From NCBI GenBank assembly GCA_013265495.1, contig MU058252.1, positions 374,001-438,000 on the forward strand: 64,000 bases of DNA. Reading direction: 5' to 3'. Shown piece by piece: positions 45,898 to 60,239 of the stretch. The notes beneath the pieces were generated by a model. The model ran no database searches and was not told the DNA's origin. It saw only the letters and a list, made by a program, of their open reading frames with translations. Each line of letters begins with the position of its first letter. Positions within the stretch are counted from its first letter, which is position 1. Both the position numbers and the translations under genes were made by a program. The stretch is from Vicugna vicugna (lineage: Eukaryota).

Positions 45898-46358
45898 TAC
45901 ATTGTTGGTGGGAATGTAATTTGGTGCAGCCACTATGGAAAACAGTATAGAAGTTCCTTAAAAAACTAAAAATAGACTTACCCTATGATCCAGCAATGCT
46001 ACTCCTGGGTTTATATCTGGTGAAAACTCTAATTTGAAAAGACACAAGCACCCCAATGTTCATAGCAGCGCTATATACAATAGCCAAGACATGGAAACAA
46101 CCTAAATGTCCATGGACAGATGACTGGATAAAAAGATGTGGTATATTTATATATAATATAAAATAGATATATACTATATATAAAATAGATAACAAGTTTA
46201 TAGTATACAGCACAGGGAACTATATTCAATATCTTGTAATAACCTATATGAAAAAGAATCTGAAAATGAATACATGTATGTATATGTGTGACTGAACTAT
46301 TATGCTGTACACTGGAAATTGACACAACACTGTAAACTGACTACAGGTTTTAAAAAAA
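45898..46358 (+). mobile_element. L1 3' fragment (ORF2 end + 3' UTR, apparently internally deleted) in the GBX1 intron
   Basis: ttgttggtgggaatgtaatttggtgcagccactatggaaaacagt...gatccagcaat...; tatacagcacagggaactatattcaatatcttg...aaaaaaa. Confidence 0.85.
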
Positions 46359-47499
46359 GACGTGCAGCAAAGGTAAAGACAGAGAGGAAAATGGGAAAGG
46401 AGAAACTGTGACTCAGTGGTTTACTATTTGTAATCACAGGCATAGAGACATTTTAATCCAAATATAATTCTAAAATTCAATTCAACCATTGGTTCTAATC
46501 TTCTTATCTATTGACATTTTGGTCAGAACTGCAACGAATAATGCAGTATAAATATTTCTGTGTTTGAGTTCTACAAACTCCCTTGTTTTCTGCCCAAAGG
46601 ACCAATAAGCAGTAGAACAAAAGTCAAAAGAAAACCAACCGATGAAAGAGCAAGAGAAAATGAATAATCCGCAAACTGAACAGTCAGCAACTTACCAAGA
46701 GAGTTCACTGTGTAAAGCTGGGGGGACTTCGTAAATGTGGGGGTGCATCTATATCAACACATATCCCACGTACACAAGCGCATTCCGAGGCTGAGAATAC
46801 AACCCAAAGTGAAGGGGTGTGTGTGTCTAGACCACATTCCAACGCTCAGAGCTTAGCTGGCTCTCCTCCCTAACCCCTGTCTATCTGCCTGCGCGACAGC
46901 AAGAACTTCCCTGGGCCTCCAGGACCAGCCCAGTAGCTTTCAAGTCCCTTCCCTGTCCCAAGAGTTGTCCTTTCCCCTCACTGTTGCAGTCTACACTTGC
47001 TCAGTTTCCTCAAGAACATTTCCTTAGAGGCCAGAATTCAGCCCGTGTCCAGATCACCCACCTCCATCTCAATCAGTGTTTGCACACCTCATGGGTATTT
47101 TTAAGCCCGGGCCCCTTCCTTTTCTTCTGGGAGTGCTTCATTCTTTATCTCACCTTCTCAAACCCACGTGGCACAGCCTAGTTCAGCCTCACCTGGACCT
47201 CCACCTCTGATGCTGTTCCTGCTCACTGCTCTCCACCAGCAGCTGGCCCCCGTTCCCTCCCACGGCTCACCCAAGCCGCACCAGCACCCAGCTCCGCGAC
47301 CTGTCCGTGGAGAAACAGCCTGTCCACGGACGACGTGCTCCTCACGACGCCCGCCTCACTTACCCCGGGCTTTCTCCCCAGTCTCATCCCCAGCCGAAGC
47401 CTGTTTAATTTCAGCAAGATTCATGTCCTTAGTTTCCCCTTTCATCTCCTTCAGGGCCCTTCCCCACACTGTTTTCCACTTCCCTGGAACTCAAGCTTA

Positions 47500-48170
47500 A
47501 CATTTCCCAGACTGAACTCCCCATATTCCTCCCAAGACAGCCCCTCCCCATCTGAACCCATGTCTTTCCCATCTCAGTTAACGGTAACTCCATCCTCCCT
47601 GTGTTCAAACCAAACCTTCACTCTCTCTCACCACCCATGCCCAGCCACCAGCCAATCTTGGCAGTGACGCTGCCTTGAAAATACACCCAGACCCTGACTT
47701 CTCACCACCTTCTCTGTGTCCAGTGAGCCTCAGTCACCCTCATCTCTTACCTGGCTCGTCGACATTTCCTCCAAACTGGTTTCCCTGCTTCTGCCCTTCA
47801 CACTCTGGTCCCCTGCCCCTCCCCTAGATCATTCTTCTTTCTGTTTAGAATACTAAATTCTTCACCTAGGTTTTTGCACTGGCTCATTCTCTATTTCCTT
47901 CAGGTCTTTACTTTATCAGCGAGACCTTCCCTGATCATCCTTTTTAAAATTAAAACTCCCAGTACTCCCTGTCTCCCTTCTCTGCTTTATTTGTTGCTAT
48001 ATTACACGTCACCAACTTTATTCTTTTATTGTGTTGACTGTCCCTTCCTATTAGAATATAAGCATCACGAAGGTACAGATTTTTAATATGTCTTTACAGC
48101 TGTATCTTCAGCATCTGGAAAATTACCTGCACAGAGTAGGCGCTCAATACATATTTGTTGACTAAATGAA
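47500..48170 (+). mobile_element. L2 LINE fragments including the 3' end
   Basis: L2 terminus gtaggcgctcaatacatatttgttgactaaatgaa at ~48137-48170. Confidence 0.65.
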
Positions 48171-50468
48171 ACTGCTCCCAAGCGCTTTCTCACTCTCCAT
48201 CTCTGTCCTTCCCTTCTCAGGCCTCTCCTAGAGTACCCCCTCCACCCTGCTCCCCACATCCCAGCTACGGGTACAAGACACCCCCTCCATGAATATTGTT
48301 CCACCCACTTTTCAGCATGTCCTCTGAGCTCACGTTTGCTGGAGAGGAGCCCGTCTGCAGTGGGAGTGTACAGGCTCTTACGCAAAAAGAAATCAAGAGC
48401 AATCCCCCCATTGATATTAAATCCTCTAACTTTTAATGTCTAATGTTTAAAAGATGGTTTTCAGGAAATAATAACAGAAAGAATAACAATAGCATGTAAA
48501 AACTCAGCCCAAGATTACAATATTTTAAACAGCTGCTTTAAGGCAGAGACTGGATTTCATGGCTTGAAAGATGAAATCATTTAGCACAGCTCCAAGCACT
48601 CAGGGGGTGACCAATAAATCTAAATTGATGATGATTGAGATGAGGTTCCCAGGTTCCTTGATCTGGCAGGGCCCTCCTGAGATCATGTCATCCATCCCTC
48701 TGTCTTCAGACAGATCCCATAAAATCAAGCCCACGGCAGCGGGCCACCCTCAGGGCCGCTTTTAAAGCCATCCAAGGAGCCGCGGTTCACAGCCTCTCTT
48801 GGCTACTTGATCCCAGTGGGGTCCTGAGTGGCAGGGGCAAGGGTTTCTTTCTGAACCTTTATAACCATGACATTGAGGGGTCTGATACGCAACTCGTGTA
48901 AGGAGATGGGGGCGGGGAAGAAAAGAAAGCAACCGAGGCGGGAAACACAGCTCGGCTCTCAGAGGAGAGGGCCTGGGACAGCGAGAGAGCCGGAGGAGGG
49001 AGAGAGAAGGAAAGGCAAAGAGGGCAGGAAGAGGGCTGGGGCAGGAGAGAAGGGCAGACACAGGGGCAGGAGAATTAAATGACAAATCAAAGAAACGGAA
49101 AGGGCTGAAAATAGAAAAAAATAGAAAAAAAACAGAAAACAGAAAAATAGGGGAAAACATCAGGGGAATAAAAGAGTAAAAAGCTTAAAACAAACAAAAA
49201 AACCCCTACCTTTTTTGCCCTAAACACTGATGCATTTGGAGCAAAGCAAAACATTTTGGCCCTGCTGTTTGCTCTTTGCTCCACCAGCAGACGGAGCAGT
49301 TCAGAATGCAGCACCCAAAGTGATGGAGACACACCTGGGAGGTTTGGATGAGCGGTACCGTGGTGCAGTCCCTGACAGAGTGGCGAGCCTGAAACAGCTT
49401 TACTACCTCCTCATGAATTAGCTGGGAAAATGCAAACTATTTTCTTTATCCAATTCATAATGAATATTAATAGTAAATATACAAAAATTACACATGGAAA
49501 AATGGGGTTTGGACTAAAATTGACAGAAGCACACCTTGTTGATAAAAATTCTACTTGGTTTAGAATAATTGGATCTGGTAGATATTATGTCCATAAAAGT
49601 CAATGTCTAACTGCAGATTCTATAACTGACTGATACGGACAAAAAAATTGATCAACAAAACATCACTGAAAATTTTACGTGGGAAATAATAATCTGGATG
49701 AGAATAATTTTTAGCAAAAGGAAAAAATTTTAATTGGAAATAGTTTGTGCAAGGTAGGTAGGCCAAACAGAAAGGTCTGTCCTTTGCGTGTGACAATGAC
49801 ACCACTGGAAATAGAAGAGTACAGTGTTTTCAGCTTGTTCCCTGTGGGTACGTCTAGAGTCTGTGGAAACCTGGGCTATCTACCCAGGGGAAACCACTGT
49901 GGGGCAGACCGGTTAGTAGGAAACATTCGGGGTTCACGTGAACTCTGCTGGCAGATGCCATTATCCTGAGAAGCAGCCATCACAGGGTTCGAACCATGAT
50001 GACTGGGGAGTCCAGGCCAGGGGCATTATTCCCACCCGAGAGCAGCACTCAGGCTGCAGAGGTGCCCCTGCGTGGGGCCTACCTTATAAGAGGAAGAGAA
50101 GCCCTAACTTGTTATTGAGTCAGGTCAGACTGTGGAAGAAATCAGAGGCCAAGGAATCCACGGCAGGTGTTCTCCAGTAGAAAGAATAAACCACACCAGA
50201 CTCACACAATCGAGAGAGGGGGTCTGCGGCGGCAGTCACCAAGGACGACGGGCCCGGGTCGTGGAGTGGAAAACACCCGGGGAGTGGAGGACCACTGCAG
50301 ACCCCCAGTGAGGAGGACTCACAGAGCCTCCGTGCTGTCACTCATCCACCCTGCTCTGTTCTAGTTTGTATAAGATCAACAGGCTTTAGTCTTCACTCAG
50401 GAGAAGCCCCTCCCCATCACGCTCAGTTCTCAGTTCTCTTCCCTCCATTTAAAAAATGACTGGGGTCA

Positions 50469-50553
50469 GGAGGGGATAGCTCAGTGGTAGAGAGCGTGCT
50501 TAGCGTGCACAAGGTCCTGGGTTCAATCCCCAGTCCCTCCATTTAAAAAAAAA
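50469..50553 (+). mobile_element. Short tRNA-Ala(AGC)-derived SINE / tRNA pseudogene with A-tail and TSD
   Basis: A box TAGCTCAGTGG, anticodon arm GTGC-TTAGCGT-GCAC, B box GGTTCAATCC, then A9; duplicated flank aaaaaatgac. Confidence 0.8.
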
Positions 50554-52080
50554 TGACCCTCACACTCCCCAAACCACTCCCAGGACAATTGCTCAGCTTC
50601 CCAAATGCAGACCCAATTTGGGTGGGGTCAAAAGGCAGGGAAACACCCAGGCTGGCCGGCACCCTCATTTCTATCCTCATTTTATCATCATGCCGGTACA
50701 GAATTATTTCTCTGTTCTTTTTGGAGACAGTACTTTCTTTCACCTTTTAGAGCAACTAGCTCACTTTCAACTTGTTTTTCATCCCCGTTAACTTCATGCC
50801 CCCATGATGCTACTGCTCCTTCTATAACTTTCGGTCCAATAAGGAAAATCCATTTTCAGTCTCTCTCTCTCCACTTTGCCCCGGCTCTCCAGCATTCTCT
50901 ACTCCAAATCAACATGAGAATTTGCTCTGCCTCACTGCCACCTTCGTAAGTTCACAGCAATTTCGCCACCACCCCGAGCTCAGAGCTCCCTCCATGGCAC
51001 TCCTGTATGACCTTTAACTTTCCCAAACACTTTCACACTTACTATTTCATCTTCAAGCAACTCACTGGAGTAGAGTTGACCTATTATTAGTAGTAATGGG
51101 AGGTTAAATGATTAAATCACCCCCATGTCACACAGCTAGGACAGAGCCATGTCTGGAATCCTGGGCTCCTAAACCTCCAGCCAATGTGCTTTCCGTCCTT
51201 TGCAGTAAAATATCTTCTCCTCCCCACCACATGAAGTCGAAGTCCTTCCCAGATGCCTCATCAGATAAAAGACCTTCCCATCAAATCCAGCTTTAGTGGA
51301 GCCCTCATTCCTTTCACTTACCCCTCCAGACCTCTAGCCTAGTCATTAACATCTTCCCTTAACACTCTTAGAGAGGATTCTTACAGCTGCCACTGGGGAG
51401 GCCTCACTCCCCAGATCAGGCTGTTTCTCCCATCATTCCCCAAGAAGACTTGCCCACCAGATCTCTCTATCTTTTCTGTCATTATCTGTTTGTATGATGT
51501 CATCTTACCAGTCAGCGTATCTTTTACTCAGAAATGTATTTTCTCACTTAAAAAATAATATTGCCCAATTATGGGAACGGATTTAATATCAATTTTCTCT
51601 AGCTTCTAACATACAGTAGGCTCTCTCATCCTCAGGGACGGCTTTCTCTTGTACAGGAATTGAAGGAGAGACGTTTTTCTCCCATCTTCGTCTCTCTCCA
51701 CCTGCCGCACGACGGAACTCTCCTCAGCGCTTCACTCCCAGCCTGCACCACTGCAAGGGCTGCTTGTCCGGCCAGGGAGGAGGCTTTCCCCGCTAATACT
51801 GAAAGGGAGCGAAAGGCACCTTCTCTGCTTCCTTCCTGGTTGAGGCAGACACCGGATTGAGGTTTGTTTCTGTCTGCCCAGCATCCCTGCCCTCTTCTGA
51901 CCTCTCTCAGCACCCCTTCCCTGGGGCACTGTGCCGCATCACCTGCCCAGGCCGGAGGGGCTGTCAATTCCATTCCCCCAGCTTCACGACTGCAGAGGAA
52001 GGTGACCTGGACCTGACCAACCGCACATCCCATCCCCCTGGGACTTGACTCAGCTAGTTAACTGGTCACCCTAGGATGAG

Positions 52081-52128
<48 letters not shown>
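52081..52128. repeat. (AT)4(AC)~20 microsatellite
   Basis: Direct reading. Confidence 0.92.
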
Positions 52129-52129
<1 letters not shown>

Positions 52130-52132
<3 letters not shown>

Positions 52133-52385
52133 CCGGGGTACCAGCCTGGGATTATAAAACTGAGACTTGCTGTGCTCCTGCCCTCCCCTCGCCTCTGGGG
52201 AGGAGACAAAGAGGCAAAGGCAGACAGAGGAGTCAGATTCAGAACAAGAAGAAAAGACCAGACCACACTGTTTGCATTTCTGGATCTGCTCCTGTGCTTC
52301 ACAGTCACGTGAATCAATAAATGTCCATTTTAGCTTAAATTAGAGCTGAGCTACTGTCACTGGCAACCCAGAGCGTTCTGACTAC
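52130..52385 (+). mobile_element. MaLR LTR (MLT1-like) 3' part
   Basis: cagtcacgtgaatcaataaatgtcc...ctgtcactggcaacccagagcgttctgacta resembles an MLT1 terminus. Confidence 0.5.
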
Positions 52386-55083
52386 CTACGATGCTATAAC
52401 TGGAAGTGACAATAATCGCATGACTCCAGGGAAAGCAAGCCTCTCCGCCATGCTCCCGCAACTCTCCCACCCAAGACAATTTTGCCAGAAAGGTGGGAAG
52501 AAACCCAGGTAGGTCATCCCTCAAATTATTCATAATAACACCACTGAAAATTCCACAAGTTTGAAATTCATTTGGACTTTAAAAAGACCTCTTTAATCCA
52601 TCTGAGTGTGAATTACTTAATCCTAACAACTGAACTGAGATCAGACACACTAGGGGATAGGAATTCTGATGAAGGAAAAAAGGAGAGGCTTTTTGTTTGT
52701 TTGTTTGTTTTCTTCTTCGGGTGGGGGGGCTTGTTTATTTTAATGGGGAGAAAGGAAGGCCAGGCCCCGTGGGGCACAGCAGAGTCCACTGAGCAGAGTC
52801 TCACCAACATGTGAGACAGGAAAACCGAAAGGAGGGAGAAAGAGCCAGAACCAAAACATGAAATCTACCCTTATTAGATTCCCACCGTGTTCTTGCCTGG
52901 CAGCCCCGCTGTAGACAGATCCCGGAGCACAGCACTGCTTCCAGCACCACTCCCGGAGACGTGTGTCTTTTTCAGTATAGAGAGTGTCACCTCTCATAAT
53001 TCCTAGTAAAGAGGTCTTTCCCAGCTTGATGCCCAGGAGAGCTCCCCATCCTCTCCAGTCCATGGCGGCACTGGTAACTTCTTACACCTATTCCTTTAGG
53101 ATGCTGGACAGTTATCTCCTCATTCAATCCTTAACTCTGGGAGGTAAGTCCTGTTGCCCTTAGTTTACTGGTGAAAGAACGGAGACACAGAGGTCAGCAT
53201 TTTGCTGCAGATCACAGAAAAGGGTGGGGCCGAGGTCTGTGTCCAGACGTCGTCCCTCTGGGCTACACCACACCTCTCTGTTACCACCAAGTGGAAAAGA
53301 GACTGAGCTCCACGGTCACTCAATCATAAACAGCGCAGCACGTGGAGAATTAATTCAGAAGACCAGGAACGGATTCACAGCACAGCTTCTGTCCTCCTCA
53401 TCCCCTGGAGGGCACTGCTTCCTCGCCAGGCCACATCGGTCTCAACTGACCCCTAGTCTTTCCGGCCTAAAGAAGATCTGCTCCTCCCCCCAATCAGACG
53501 TCTCCCTCATTCAGCATGACACCCTACATGGCCACTGCTCGGCAGCACCGCCCCATCCCAGAGACACAGCCTTTTCTATTCTAAAGCCCAGCCCTGATTT
53601 CACCTCCAGATGTGCGTCTCCAGGCCCGCCTGCCTCCTCCGCTCAGCTAGCCGGGCAACTCAGCGCTGAGCACTGCAGAATCTCTCCCCAGTCCCTCCAC
53701 TCAGGATGCCTTTTTTTTTTTTTAAGGAAATAATTCATTAACAAAGGTATCTTTACAGACAAAAAACAGAATTGTACAGCTGGAGCTGGAAGTGACCTTA
53801 GAGATACCCTAATTCCAACCCTTAGTTGTACTGATGAGGAGGCTGAGACCCAGAGGTGTGGTCTGGCCCAGACCTGTGCGCCTTTGCAGCGCGGGCATCA
53901 CCCTTTCCAGCACAAAGCACCTCTTACCTCGGGACACGCTCACCTTCCTTCCTCCTGCTACACCTCTGCCTCACGTCTCTTCCCGCTGCTCCCGAGACAG
54001 AGTCCTGTTGTGGCCAATGCTTCTGTTTTCATACCACTTCCTCCGTAATTCACAGTCAAGAAACCATCTCCCGTTACCCTCAGTTCAGAAGCATTTTCCT
54101 GTTTCTCCCACCCTCATTTTTCACAGACTGCTCTTTCCTTGTAACCCTAGTCTGTTAGTCCCGGCAGCCCCCACCCTCTGCTTCTAACACAGACTGTTCG
54201 TTTCATCGCTGGAAGATGGTTCCTTTACTTGCTGCGATGGGACGGGAGGGAAGACACCCTCCACAACTGCGGTGGTGTCTCTTCCTACTGCTACTTAACT
54301 CAACTCGTGAGGGTCACTCGCCATCACATCAAGTTCATCTTGTTGCCCCGTCGCTCTCCCAATTAGTGTCTCTAAACTAGGACTTTCTCCCAGCATGATC
54401 ATATCACCAATGAAGAGCCCCACCCGCTTCTCTGTTACTCCCAATCCAGACCTCTTTTGTCCTTACCATTGCCACTGCAGCCACAGGCACCACCACCTTC
54501 ACAGATGGCTCTGTTCTTTCTGCTGGTTCAGATGCGGGGTTTCCTCTCTCCCACCCCAGCCCGGGGGCATTTCCGGCTCCCTCTGGGTAAAAGTTCTCTC
54601 CCACCAAACTCTCCTTCTCATCATTTCTATGTAAGCTTCTCTCTGTGTGTACATCTACTCCACTGCTTCTCTCATTGCTATTTCCTAATTCCCAATCCAT
54701 TTTAGTTCCTTCTTTCCCTGTTATTTCTGAGGCAAAATCCTTGCCTATAGCTTCCCATTGTAACATTACTCTCAGTGAAGCGTACTTTGTTGATAATATT
54801 ATATTCCTCCTTCTTTCCAGTTAAAATATTTCCCCCTCATTATTCCAACTGCTGCCTGTCTCCCGTTACTGCCAGCATAGAACACCCATCACTCTGAGTA
54901 TAGGAACCAACCATCTACAGTCCACCTCTCCGTATTTACATATGCCACTGCAGAGCGCCTCCTGCCTCCCAAGTCTCCCAAGTGTCACCTTCCCTGTGCT
55001 ACAAGGCATCTCCACACCCCACTCCCATCTTCTCAATAAAATTTTCCTCCTGTCATTTCTGAGATCTTCCTCTCTCTTTCAAC

Positions 55084-55515
55084 CAGGGTTCTTAACCCTT
55101 TTTGTGCCATGAGCTCTTTGGCAGCCTGATAAAGCCTATGAAGTCCTGCTTAGAATAATGCTCTTACGTGTGTAACACAAAACATACAGGATTACATTTC
55201 AAGCCAGTGGTGTACAATAGTTATCAAATACTTTAAGTGAATTGAGATATAATTATTTATGCTTCTTTACTGATTCATTAATCAACAAGGTCTCACCAAA
55301 GATTGTAAATGTCTATGAAAATATCTGTGAATTCTATTGGTGACAAAAATCCCAGACACTGCCAAAACTGCTATGGTTTCTGGCCAACCTTTGTAATTAA
55401 AGGAAATGCCTAATTTTAGTTAGAAGTTAGTAGAAATAAAGATGTAATTTTCTTCCATCCATAATTAACAGATCCACTCATAAGAGGCCTGTGGAGTCCA
55501 TGTTAACAGCTCGAC
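55084..55515 (+). mobile_element. hAT-Charlie non-autonomous DNA transposon (MER119-like)
   Basis: Starts cagggttcttaaccctttttgtgccatg...tttggcagcctgataaagcctatg; degenerate inverted end near 55500. Confidence 0.6.
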
Positions 55516-56794
55516 ATTAAACACTGAGGCTAGAAAAATAACCTTTTGTTCTATGAAATTGAAAGGAATAATAAAAATGATCTGAACTAAAACTTTTATG
55601 TTACAGGTGGGGAAACTGAAGCCTAAGGAGGTTGTAAGACTTTGAATCTCCTGTAGTGTCCAACAATACTAAGCCCATAACAGACACACAATAAATGTTC
55701 CCTGAATTGAAGAGGCTTGCCGAAACCGTCCAGCTAGTGAGCGACAAAGTTGAGACCTGAAACCGACATGTGTCACGACTTTTAAACAAGTGATCCTTCG
55801 ATCACAGCAAGTTAGTGCAACGTTGGCCTTTCTGTAAATGTCTAGGGAGCAAACACACTCCCTGTATGCTTTTCCTCAAAATTTCCAGGAAGATATACTC
55901 TCCATCACCCCCAAGAAAAATCTCCCTCCTGTTTCCAGCAACCAAAGTCTCTGATCTGTGCTACATTATCATTTCCTGTTTTTCTCTCGTGAGTAAGTGT
56001 ATCCTGACAGTCACAGTGGACACCTACCTGGAAATTAACGGATGGCCATCTAAGATGCTCTCTCGCCACAGCCAGGTGCTTGGCTTACAGCAATCACCAC
56101 CCAAACATTAAGCTCTTAGGACATTTCCCTTGTCTCCTTGCATGATTTCCGTTCTTATTGCCAATCTCTAATCAGAAATTAGCAAATCTTTTTCTGTTTA
56201 GTTTTTTAAAAAAACGTCCACTGCCACCTCCCAGGTTTGCCCCATCCCATACTCTTTTCTATACCACCTCAACTACAAATGTCCTTTTCTTCACCATGCT
56301 CAAAACTGGCATCATCCTTCGTATCAGTCTCTCATGGCATTCTTATCGCCGGTCCAACAGTTACAGATAGAGTATCTGCCACCCCTCACCTCTTAACTGT
56401 GTTTTCAGGCAATCCAACCCTTTTCTCCCAGAACGAATCATTGCTCAAGACACCTCCACTTTAAAGTTTTCTTCTGCATTTCCCCAGACGGACAGCTCTT
56501 TTCACCACTCGCCCAGCGCACAGCATCCTCTTCACTCGTCCTCTCTGTGATGTGTACTTGCACCTCATCTTCAAGTCGGCTTCAAAAACCCCAGTCAGAG
56601 CTCACACACACCTTCACACACAACAAGATCATCCCTGCCCACCTCATTCAAGGCAGAATTCTCTTTTCTCCTACCTTTGAGGGCTTACTGCTCTCCTCCT
56701 TCTGTATTCCTAGTACACTGAGGACTTCACTATCCGCCCGTTTCAAAGCTCCCTGTCCCCCATATGTTCACATGACTGGTCTTACAACTCTCGA

Positions 56795-57075
56795 GATTTG
56801 TTATGTTGAATATGGTGAGGCTACTGACCACCTGAAACATGGATAGTCTGAATTGACATGTTGTGAAAATAAACACTGGATTTCAAAGACTTAGCATGAA
56901 AAGAAGATATAAAACATCTCTTTTTTTGTGTATGATTAATGCTGAAATAATATTTTGGACATGTTGGGATAAAATATATTATTAAAATTAATTTCACCCA
57001 TTTCTTTTTACTTTTTGAATGTGGCTAATAAAATTATTTAAATTTAAATTACATAAATGGCTTGCTATACAGCAT
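56795..57075 (+). mobile_element. MER33-like hAT DNA transposon
   Basis: acactggatttcaaagacttag...gctgaaataatattttggacatgttgg...aaaattaatttcacc...tttttgaatgtggcta. Confidence 0.65.
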
Positions 57076-60000
57076 GACTCTGGGCAGCTCTATTGATTTG
57101 TACTTTTAAACCTTTCCTACTGATTAAAAATTCTTTTCGGTCATTCCTACTAAGACACGTCCCCCAAATATCCCATTGCCCCCACACTCCAAACCTACAA
57201 TTACTTTCAACGTACCATTCTCAGTCCTTTTCTACTCCACTACTTCTGTACACACTATTTCTTTTGGCCTGCTAATACAGCTTCTACCCCTGCCATCAAA
57301 TCATAACAAAGTTCTGTTTTCTTCATCAGTTTTAGTGGGGTGGTCTCTGTCTCAACCCTCAGCAAAATTTTTAGAAATAGTCTTTTAAACTCCCAACAAA
57401 AAGAACTTCACTCATCATTCTCCAAATTGGCCTGTCTTCACTATAGTTTCATTAAAAGGGCTAGTAATTGCAGAACACTAGACAAATGCGAATTAGTCAT
57501 TTCAGACCAATGTCACCCATTCGCACTAGGACCACAGTTCCTCCTCGGTCATTTTAAAAATAGATTTCCTTCTTCAAACTCTTCGGCCGTGTGATTCGAG
57601 CAGAGCACTGTGGTACTTTACACTAAATACTCCAATGCAAGTCCCAGAATGGAGCATTTGCTTTCCCCTCATCTTCAGCATGGGCCATGTGTCATTGCTC
57701 CCCAAGCTGATTTTATGTCTAACCTTTCTGGAATTGCCTTTTTGTTTTTTCTCAACTATTTTAGGGAAAACTCAAGACTGGGAAGGTGAACGTGAGTGGC
57801 GAGGCGGGGAGGAGTTGGGAGAGTCCACACTGAGACGGGTAGGAAGCCGCAGTCACGGATAAGCCCTCCCACGCATCATCCTCTTAGAATGTGCCTTCTG
57901 AAACCTCTCCTTACTGCTCTGCCCCCAGACCCCACTATAAACCCTTCATGTGTATCTCTTCCCAATAAGAGTGATTACCTTCACTGCAGCACCTCTCAGA
58001 TTCTTCCTCTGTAAGGCCTCCTTCTCATCATCTTTAGCAAAGAAACGCTTTGTCTTTACTCCAAGAACAGCGTCTCTCTTTTTTGCTCCCAATATTTTCC
58101 TCAGGTGATGAAGATCTTTCTTTCCTCATTCTACGTAAATTCCAGTTTCCCATCACTCCCAGGATTGAAAAACCCTTTTAGAAAATTACTCCTAGTGTTG
58201 AAACTTTTCCTTGTTTCCTACTAGTGTATTTATTTAGCTCCTTCTCAATCATCTCAAGACAGAACTCTTTCACATGCACGCACTTCTGGTCTGGAAATAT
58301 TGTTTCCTTTTCAGGTAGCCAGTGCTGGAAACCCCTTGTACATCTCTCTTCCAATACATGGCCCCTCTCCTTTCTCGTGTCTTCTCTTGGAGAATCGGGG
58401 TGTACAGCTCATTTGTTTGTCCTCTCCTCTGTTCTGTTCCTCAGTATTTCTCTTCTGTCCTTTTCCTCTGCTCTTTCTCTCTCTCAATGTCCAATTTTCC
58501 AGCCAGATAGTCTATCTGCTTCAGAAAAGAGTCCCCATTGTACAAATGGGTCAAAATAAAAACCGAGGGGAACCTGGGAGAGTAGGACAAGTTGCTTGCT
58601 CTCCCTTGGTCTGGGGATACTCCTCCCCAGACCCCCTCCACTGGGGGTAACTTCCTGTCTCCTCCCTCTCAGCTCATCTCCTCCTCAGGTGTCTGGTTCT
58701 TCCTCCAGCTCTGACTGCCTCCAAAGCCATCCCTCTGACGACCTGCCTGGCTCTCTTTCCTGCCTTAGGACTATCCTATTCCTGAATCCCACCGATCCTT
58801 TCCTCTTCCCATCACCCTGCCGGCTGCTCCTCATTTACTCCACTCCCAGCCCTTTCATCTTGTGGACATTCCCTCCCACCTTCCAGCTGCTGCTCTATCA
58901 TTTCCTTCTGACCTTCCTTAGGGGACGCTGCTCAGACTTCAGTCACTGGATCCTGGTCCAACCAGGTGACATAAACAACAGCTGAATAACCAAAGCCAAA
59001 ATGCCCAGGGCTAAAGGGGTAAAGAAGATGAAGACAGACTCTATAGCAGCCCTCAGGGTCTGGAAGAGTTATGAGCCCTTTGGACAGTTCCAAGGAAGGG
59101 CCCAGAAACCTATCATCAAGAATTGCCCTCTCCTGGTAAAGGACAAAAGTGCTCTTGGAACTCCTTGTCTCCACTAGAGTTAGCTCCCAGGCCTCCTGAG
59201 GTCATTTCCACCTGCTAAACTGAATGTGATGAATGGTTAAGCAGAGGCAGACATCCTGATGCTAAAGAACTTGAAGTTTCAGGAACACCACACTTGCATG
59301 CAGCCCCTGATTTCTTAAACAGGGCCCACCCACCAACTTGTTAAAGCCTTGGATCTCAGCATACCTGAGTCTGCTTCTGGACAGCAAAAGCTTTCCTAGC
59401 TTCTAGGTGTTAAGGATCAGTAGGAAGGCAGGAAGGCTCCAAGCAGATTGAGTCCAAACAGGGTTCAGATGAATACACCTCGCCTCTCCTGAGAGGGAAT
59501 CCTCCTATGGTGGATCCAGTGTTTCTGAATTACCTCTTAGCTGAATCTCACTGGTTCCAGAATCTTTGCTGGATTCTGGACTCCAGGCCTCTGGGCCACA
59601 TCCAACTCATTCCAGCCTTTAGCCTCTCTCTCTGCCTCCCAGTCAACCCTGTAGGCTCCCTGCTAGATAACGTCCCTTTAGGACCCCAACTTCGTTCTTC
59701 AAGGCTTGGCTCTAAATCTGCCAATTCAGAAGTGACCTCTGTAACTAAGATGAAGATAGGTCATACAAATGGCCAGCATCACTGCAATACCGTCCCTTTG
59801 CCCCTGTGTTTCCAGAGCCCATATGGGGTCAATACAACCGCCTCCTTGGAAGCCCTTAGTAAGTTGACAGCTGCCAGATATATCCTCACCCAGGGGTCTT
59901 GCTGGTGTCCCCAAGAATCCCATATTCCCAGCTTCTCTATTCCCGACAGAGGAGAAAAATGAAGGGATTCTGAAAAGGAGACGGGGAGCCAAGGCTCAAG

Positions 60001-60239
60001 GGCTAGCACGCGGGAGGAAAGGCACTGATCTGGAAGGGAGTGCTGGGAAGTCTTCGGCGAGGCTTCAGACACTCTGGAGACAGACCAGGGCGTCTGGTTC
60101 TTGGATCTAGAGAAGTGCTGTGTTTGGAACGGAACTGGAGGTGGTTCCGCAGAACCAGCCATCTGGGGGTCTGGGACTCCAGGGCTCCGGGCAGGTGCCG
60201 AGATTCTGAGCAGGCTGCTGTCTGGGGTCTCCAGGTGAA

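Noticed and set aside
50469..50541. Functional tRNA-Ala(AGC) gene
   Set aside because: Imperfect acceptor stem, an A-tail instead of a T4+ terminator, and a flanking duplication indicate a retroposed copy
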